From positions 44,578,001-44,642,000 of the forward strand of contig OX597816.1 of NCBI GenBank assembly GCA_951406725.2: DNA of 64,000 nt. Direction: 5' to 3'. The position numbers and the translations under genes were made by a program. Within the stretch, counting starts at the first letter, position 1, and the number at the start of each line of letters is the position of its first letter. Below the pieces are notes generated by a model. It saw nothing but the letters and a program-made list of their open reading frames with translations, was not told where the DNA came from and made no database searches. This DNA is from Octopus vulgaris (Eukaryota). Positions 58,406 to 64,000 of the stretch are shown here, piece after piece.

Positions 58406-58868
58406 TCATTGTATTCGTATTTTAATACTAAAGTCAAATTGTGTTAAATAATTCTGTGAAAAATTAAACAGACGACATACCAGCTTGTCACTTAGTAAGA
58501 GTTACACTTACAACTCCAGTCACACTCACATTGTATAAGCCACACTAACATTGCACGAACTGGTAGACACTATCACTTTGGAAATCACGAGCAAAATCTC
58601 TCTATTCTAGCAGTCCGATATTTAGAGGTCCACAAAAAAAAAACAGAAATATAAAAGGAATCTCTGCTAAAATATTAGAACAAAAACATTGGTTAAATTC
58701 GTAACAAAGAAACAACACCAGCCAGGCATGGGCCAACATTCAGCCATAAAATGACAACAAAACGGATAGAAAATAAATAAAGGTGGTATTCCAGCATGGC
58801 CGCAGTTCTGCTACTAAAATCTTTCAAAGAATAAAATAATATAAAAATAGTATTTGTCATATAAACAT

Positions 58869-59184
58869 GTTGTTTTTGTTTTGTTTGTTCCTTCATGAGC
58901 CACGCCTGGCACATAAGAGTCGGTTTCCCGGTTTCCTTGGCGTATAGATTCCCCACCTGGACGGGACGCCGGTCCGTCGCAGGTGAGCTGCAAGATGACG
59001 GAAGAAAGAGTGAGAGAAAGTTGTGGTGAAAGAGTCAGCAGAAGTTAGCCATTACCTTCTGCCGGAGCCGCGTAGAGGAAAGGTGTTTCGCTCATAAACA
59101 CACACATCGCCCGGTCTAAAATTCAAACCTGCGATCCCTCGACCACGAGTCCGCTGCTCTAACCACTAGGCCATGTTCCTCCAC
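58869..59184 (-). mobile_element. tRNA(Arg)-like SINE family 5; shares head and part of the body with family 3 but has a different 3' half
   Basis: Minus strand GTGGAGGAACATGGCCTAGTGGTTAGAGCAGCGGACTCGTGG...CACAACTTTCTCTCACTCTT, then an unrelated tail. 11-bp TSD CATATAAACAT at 58858-58868 and 59185-59195. Confidence 0.85.
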
Positions 59185-59542
59185 CATATAAACATACTAA
59201 AGGAAAAAAGAATGACCAAGAGGAACAAGAATAGACGAAAGACCGCTAACTAATCAAAACACAATGATAACTAGCTGTTCACATCAAACTAGAGTGACTG
59301 ATCTATGCCGAGGAAAAGAAACATAACAGCAAAGAAAACAAGCTATATATATCGCCAGGTAAACGCATTAATTTAGATGAAGTAAAAAAATTTGTCTGCG
59401 ATCAGGTCACAGATTCGAGCGACAAAATTTTGTGACCATATTACGAACAAAAATGTTTAAGTGAAATTAACAGTCTGTGTGTTTCAGGCTGTCATCCATT
59501 TCGTTTCAAATTACGATCTCAGATCAAAGCATTCTACGCAAG

Positions 59543-59621
<79 letters not shown>

Positions 59622-59790
59622 ATACACATATATATATAAATATATATACACATGTACACATACATACATGCATGCATATATGTGTATGTATATATATATA
59701 CATACACATATAGATATACATACATATAAACATATATATATGTGTGTATAGGCATCGGAGTGGCTGTGTGGTAAGTAACTTGCTTACCCA

Positions 59791-61586
59791 TGAGTTTCTA
59801 TTGTCAGTGTGCGCATGTGTCATTGTGTTGTGCACTGAAGAAGATAGCCGGCAGTGTTTAGCCTGCCAAAGGAAGAAGCTGCAAGGTCAGACCTTTGTTT
59901 CTTGGGCCCAGTGGGGGTCGTTGTCTGTGCTTATATTTTTTTACAAACAAGGAGTCCTCACTGGATTTAGGATGTTGGTCTGCTTGCGGTTGAGCAATTT
60001 GGTTCATATTAAATGAAAATATTTTCTCGTTGTGAGAAGTACAGTTGTTCACTTTTTAACAGTGTATGCTTTTACAACAACATTTACCATTATTAGAAAA
60101 CTGTATTTCAAATGTTCACATGAAGTAAAAAATTTTTCTCATTGTGAGAAGTATAGTTTGGTGGCGTATCCTGCCACCAAAAGTCGTTCGCTGTTTGTAA
60201 ATAGTGTGTATATTTACAACTACGTTGGAAAGCTGTATTTTTCAAGTGGGGCAGTCCAGGTTCTAATTGGAGTACCATAGGGCTTTGGAGTACCTGAATG
60301 CCCAGAAGATTTTTTGGCTGCGTTTATTTTTTTGAATCGTTGTTTTCTTTTTCTAATGTGACTTTTTTTATTGAACTGTTTGCTTTTTCTCTTTTTCCTT
60401 CTTGTTTCCTTTTGAATTCTCTCTTTCTTTCTGTTAACTATTGTTTTGGACATTTTCATTTTTTAATTTAAAATATGGCAAAAATACGGATAAGATTGTA
60501 GACTGGAAGATTGTCCCACCTAAGGAGTGATTCAGACAGCAAGAGGAGATAACGGTGGTGTTGAAAACGTATTCGAAGGTTCTCGACACTATTACCGTCT
60601 TCTACAAGCAGATGATTGAGCAAAAGTTGGAGGAACATCTACCAACCATTAAGTATATCTCTACGGGAATAAAACAATACAACGGTGTGGTTGCTGTTGG
60701 ACACCCCAGAGAAGGCTCGCAGTTTTGCGAGCCAGCCCGTTGAGGGTAAAGAAATTTTGTCTCTTCCCACTTATAGTGGGAAAAAATTGAAGAGGGCCTG
60801 GGTCTGTGGTTTGCCACCCGGAATTGAACCCCAGTGAATACAGGATACTATCCATCGGGTCTGGGTGGCAGCGGAGCCAGGTTTTTCAGTGTGAAAATTT
60901 TTCCTGCGGCTGATTGGGTTGGACCCAATCAGCCATGAATCTGGTCATTCCAGATTTTTTGGAAATGGCCAGATACAAGTACCCGGGAATTCTTAAGTGT
61001 CACCACCCCCCATGTGTCATCGGTGCCTTAAGCCTGGCCATATAAAGAAAAACTGTCCTCAGGAACCAAGCAAAGTCCTGGAGCAGTCAATTGAAACCTC
61101 CGTAGAAGAGGGTATCAAGGCGGCTGATGAGACGGAGGACTCCTCAGGGAAGGGCAGCAAGAAGATGGTGAGCAAAAATAGGTGCTCACCGAAGGATCCT
61201 GGGTATGAGAGAGGGGAGGCGAATCTCCTGGTCACGGAGGAGACGCACCCTCCCTCAGTTGAGAGGAATAAAAAGAGGAAAAGGAAAAGAAACGGGATAT
61301 TGCCGGCAGTCGGTGTCATAGCACCGGAATGTCTCAGAACCTTGCCGTTAGGGATTGTGCCGCCGGCAGGGGAAGAAGCACCGTTGGGGGAATTGTACCA
61401 CCAACGGTAGAATTGACTACCTCGAACCCGGAGGAAGAGGAACTATTGGTCTTCTTCTACAGAGGCGGAGAGGTAGAAGAGGTGGTGGAAACGCACTATA
61501 AGGGAGTACCTTAAACCTTCACACAGGATCCCGAATGGCCTCCTCAGATAGCTGTGGAGGTCATAACGGTGTCTGTGGGATTTAGG
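59791..61586 (+). mobile_element. Decayed retroelement 5' region (long UTR plus gag/ORF1-like sequence with a CCHC zinc knuckle), lying between the head and tail of a SINE family 2 copy
   Basis: CHRCLKPGHIKKNC (CX2CX4HX4C) at 61015-61056, followed by a K/E/S-rich tail. Broken ORFs start from an ATG at about 60475. The SINE head is at 59751-59790 and the tail at 61587-61725. Confidence 0.7.
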
Positions 61587-61735
61587 CTTAGCGGTTCGGC
61601 AAAAGAGACCAATAGAATAAATACTAGGCTTACAAAGAATAAGTCCTGGGGTCGATATGGTCGACTAAAGGCGGTGCTCCGGCATGGCCACAACCACATG
61701 ACTGAAACAAGTAAAAGAGAAAAGAGAGAGAAAAT

Positions 61736-61768
<33 letters not shown>

Positions 61769-62377
61769 GGGTAAAGAATTATTAATGTAATAATTAATAA
61801 ATTTATATATATATATATATACACGCTTATCAATTTGTGTTGCAAGATTTCTTATATGAAATCGTGTGTTGAAACCGATATTGTTATATTTCGGGATGAT
61901 GTTTTTTTTCTTTTTTTTTTTAGTCAAATAAACACACGCACGATATATATTTTTTCTTCACTCATCTATTGAAATGCAGCACGGATTTTTGTCAGTGAAC
62001 AGGTCGCGGTCTTAAAGCGACGAAAATATTTTGACAAATTAAACTTAAATGCTGAAGTGAATCGAACGGCTTTTGTGTGTTTCTTAAATGGCTTACAAAC
62101 ACCTTCCACGCTGCAATTGTTTTTGTTTCAGCACACGATCTCAGATCAAATCACTTGCTATGCATGTACATCTCCGTCATTTATTACTTTTCTCATTTTG
62201 TCAGTCTAACTCATATCCATTGTCCGGAAATCTTTCGTCACACATCTGTAACTTCTTCAGCGACACATTTCGTTTTCGTATGTGTTCTTGCCCCACTTTC
62301 TCCATTCTGTTCTTTTAAGGTATATATCCTTATGTGCGCATTAGTTTGTGTCCTTGTTTGTGTGTGTTTGTATGCTT

Positions 62378-62440
<63 letters not shown>

Positions 62441-62679
62441 CGTGTGTCTGTGTCTGTGTCTGTGTATGTGTGTGTGTGATAGTTTTTAGCAGTAGTTCCC
62501 CTCAGCAACCCCATCTTCTCAACCCACTGTACTGCTGCTGTCCTAAGACCCGACAATATGATACAGTTCCTGTATTCTTTTGTGTATGCATGTTCGCCCA
62601 CGGTATTGCCATTGTGGTAGATGTTGTTGTTGCTGTTATTGCCACCATTGTCAGATAGATAGGTAGATAGGTTGATAAG

Positions 62680-62724
<45 letters not shown>

Positions 62725-63805
62725 CACACACACACACACACACACTCATAATATCATTTCAAATCTGTTTGAGAAATATTTGAACGTTTAAAGGCTTTTC
62801 ACTACAATTTGTTGTTTCAGTCTGTCTGTCTGTCTCGCTTAAGATTAAAACGTGTTAAAACTTCACAGTCCACTCAGAGTGCTTTGTATTGGACGGGTAG
62901 GTGCATTTCGAATTCGTTAGTTCTCTTCAACACTAGATACCAAAAGATGCAACTCAAAACTGACTAGCGGGTTTTGCTCCTTTTAGCATCAATCATTAAA
63001 TAGTCATGCTGTGTGTTTATCCCAGAATTCGAATTTCATTCTACAACGAATCTCATTGTCAGAACTATAAGTATTCGGTATTTTGGTTCATTTACATACG
63101 TTGGTTTACATGTTGTTTGTTGTTCTTCTTTTGTTTTGTTTGTTTCTTTTCTTTTGTTTCTGTTGAATGGTTTTTATTCTTGTGCTTCTGTATTTGCTAT
63201 GTATGTAGCATGGTGTTTGCTTGAATTATGTTTTTGAGCAACATACTTAGGTATTTTGATACATTGTTTTCATTTTATTGATTGTCTTCGTGTTCCATAT
63301 ATCTGTTAATCTTGTTAATACCACTTACTTCTTTGGGAGTTGTTTTGATGATTAGAAGTGGAGGGGTGTTTCGTATTGTGCTTAAAGATATTGATCTCCA
63401 AGGTGGAATATTTTTCTTGTTGTGAATCTTGTTTTAGCCAAGGTTACATGGTTTTAAATTCTTGTTTGAGTATAAATATTGTTGGTGGACTGATATATAA
63501 GTGTTTGCATTCATTGCTTTGCATTATGCCGATAATACACTTGTATATTTATATATATTTAGTTTGAAGAAAATCATTCTATTGACAGATATTTAAAAGT
63601 GCTCATGTATTTCATTTGGAGGATTTCTACTGACTTATGAAGTGAAGCTAAAAGAGATTTGGTTTGAAAAAACTCCTATTCATGTGAAACTAAGAGATGT
63701 GTAGTTTTCGGAAAGTGATTTTGAAAATGACTTCTTGTTTCGCGAAGATAGGTTAATACTAAAGTAGTTAGTATAAGAAAAAATGTACAAGTGACGTAAA
63801 ATTTA

Positions 63806-64000
63806 CAGGGATCTGTTCTTGGCCCCCTTTTATTTCTTGCATATGTTAATGTCATAGATGCCAACGTAAAGAATGCCACAGTGCTGAAATATGCAGATAA
63901 CATCAAGCTGTACTTCGAAATAAAGAGGACAGATTCTGTACCCTATAGAACTTTACTGCAATCAGACCTGGACACAATGCAGCAGTGGATCATGGACTGG
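63806..64000 (+). mobile_element. CR1/L2-type LINE reverse transcriptase fragment, running off the window end
   Basis: Open frame QGSVLGPLLFLAYVNVIDANVKNATVLKYADNIKLY...LLQSDLDTMQQWIMDW, containing the RT motifs QGS.LGP.LF and YADD (here YADN). Confidence 0.9.

Noticed and set aside
62890-63560. Possible minus-strand Penelope remnant (NECKHLYIS; TTGAAGAG...TTCGAAAT)
   Set aside because: Both the GIY-YIG-like and hammerhead-like matches are too degenerate to support without a search.

Overview
AT-rich, microsatellite-laden eukaryotic DNA. The SINE families and (TA)n/(TG)n/(AAT)n/(ACAT)n/(GATA)n tracts point to an Octopus (coleoid cephalopod) genome; this is inferred from recognising the repeats, not from a database search. 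No intact protein-coding gene is visible, and nearly all ORFs in the track are microsatellite artefacts. Mobile-element content: dozens of tRNA-derived SINE copies from about five families; a TIR/TSD-bounded but frameshifted hAT transposon (27386-29955) inserted in a SINE head; four mariner fragments; two non-autonomous Helitrons; and decayed RTE, Tx1/L1, CR1/L2 and Penelope retroelement pieces. There is also a young 14 x ~246-bp tandem array (7848-11538). Two signals stand out. First, a set of short Penelope-type elements carries minimal hammerhead-ribozyme cores, often sits in (TA)n tracts or forms inverted hairpins, and includes a family with a variant CUGUYGA core. Second, a candidate minus-strand terminal coding exon (18396-18574) is enclosed by an inverted pair of the same SINE, with candidate alternative downstream exons. 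The window may be the 3' part of a large-intron minus-strand gene.
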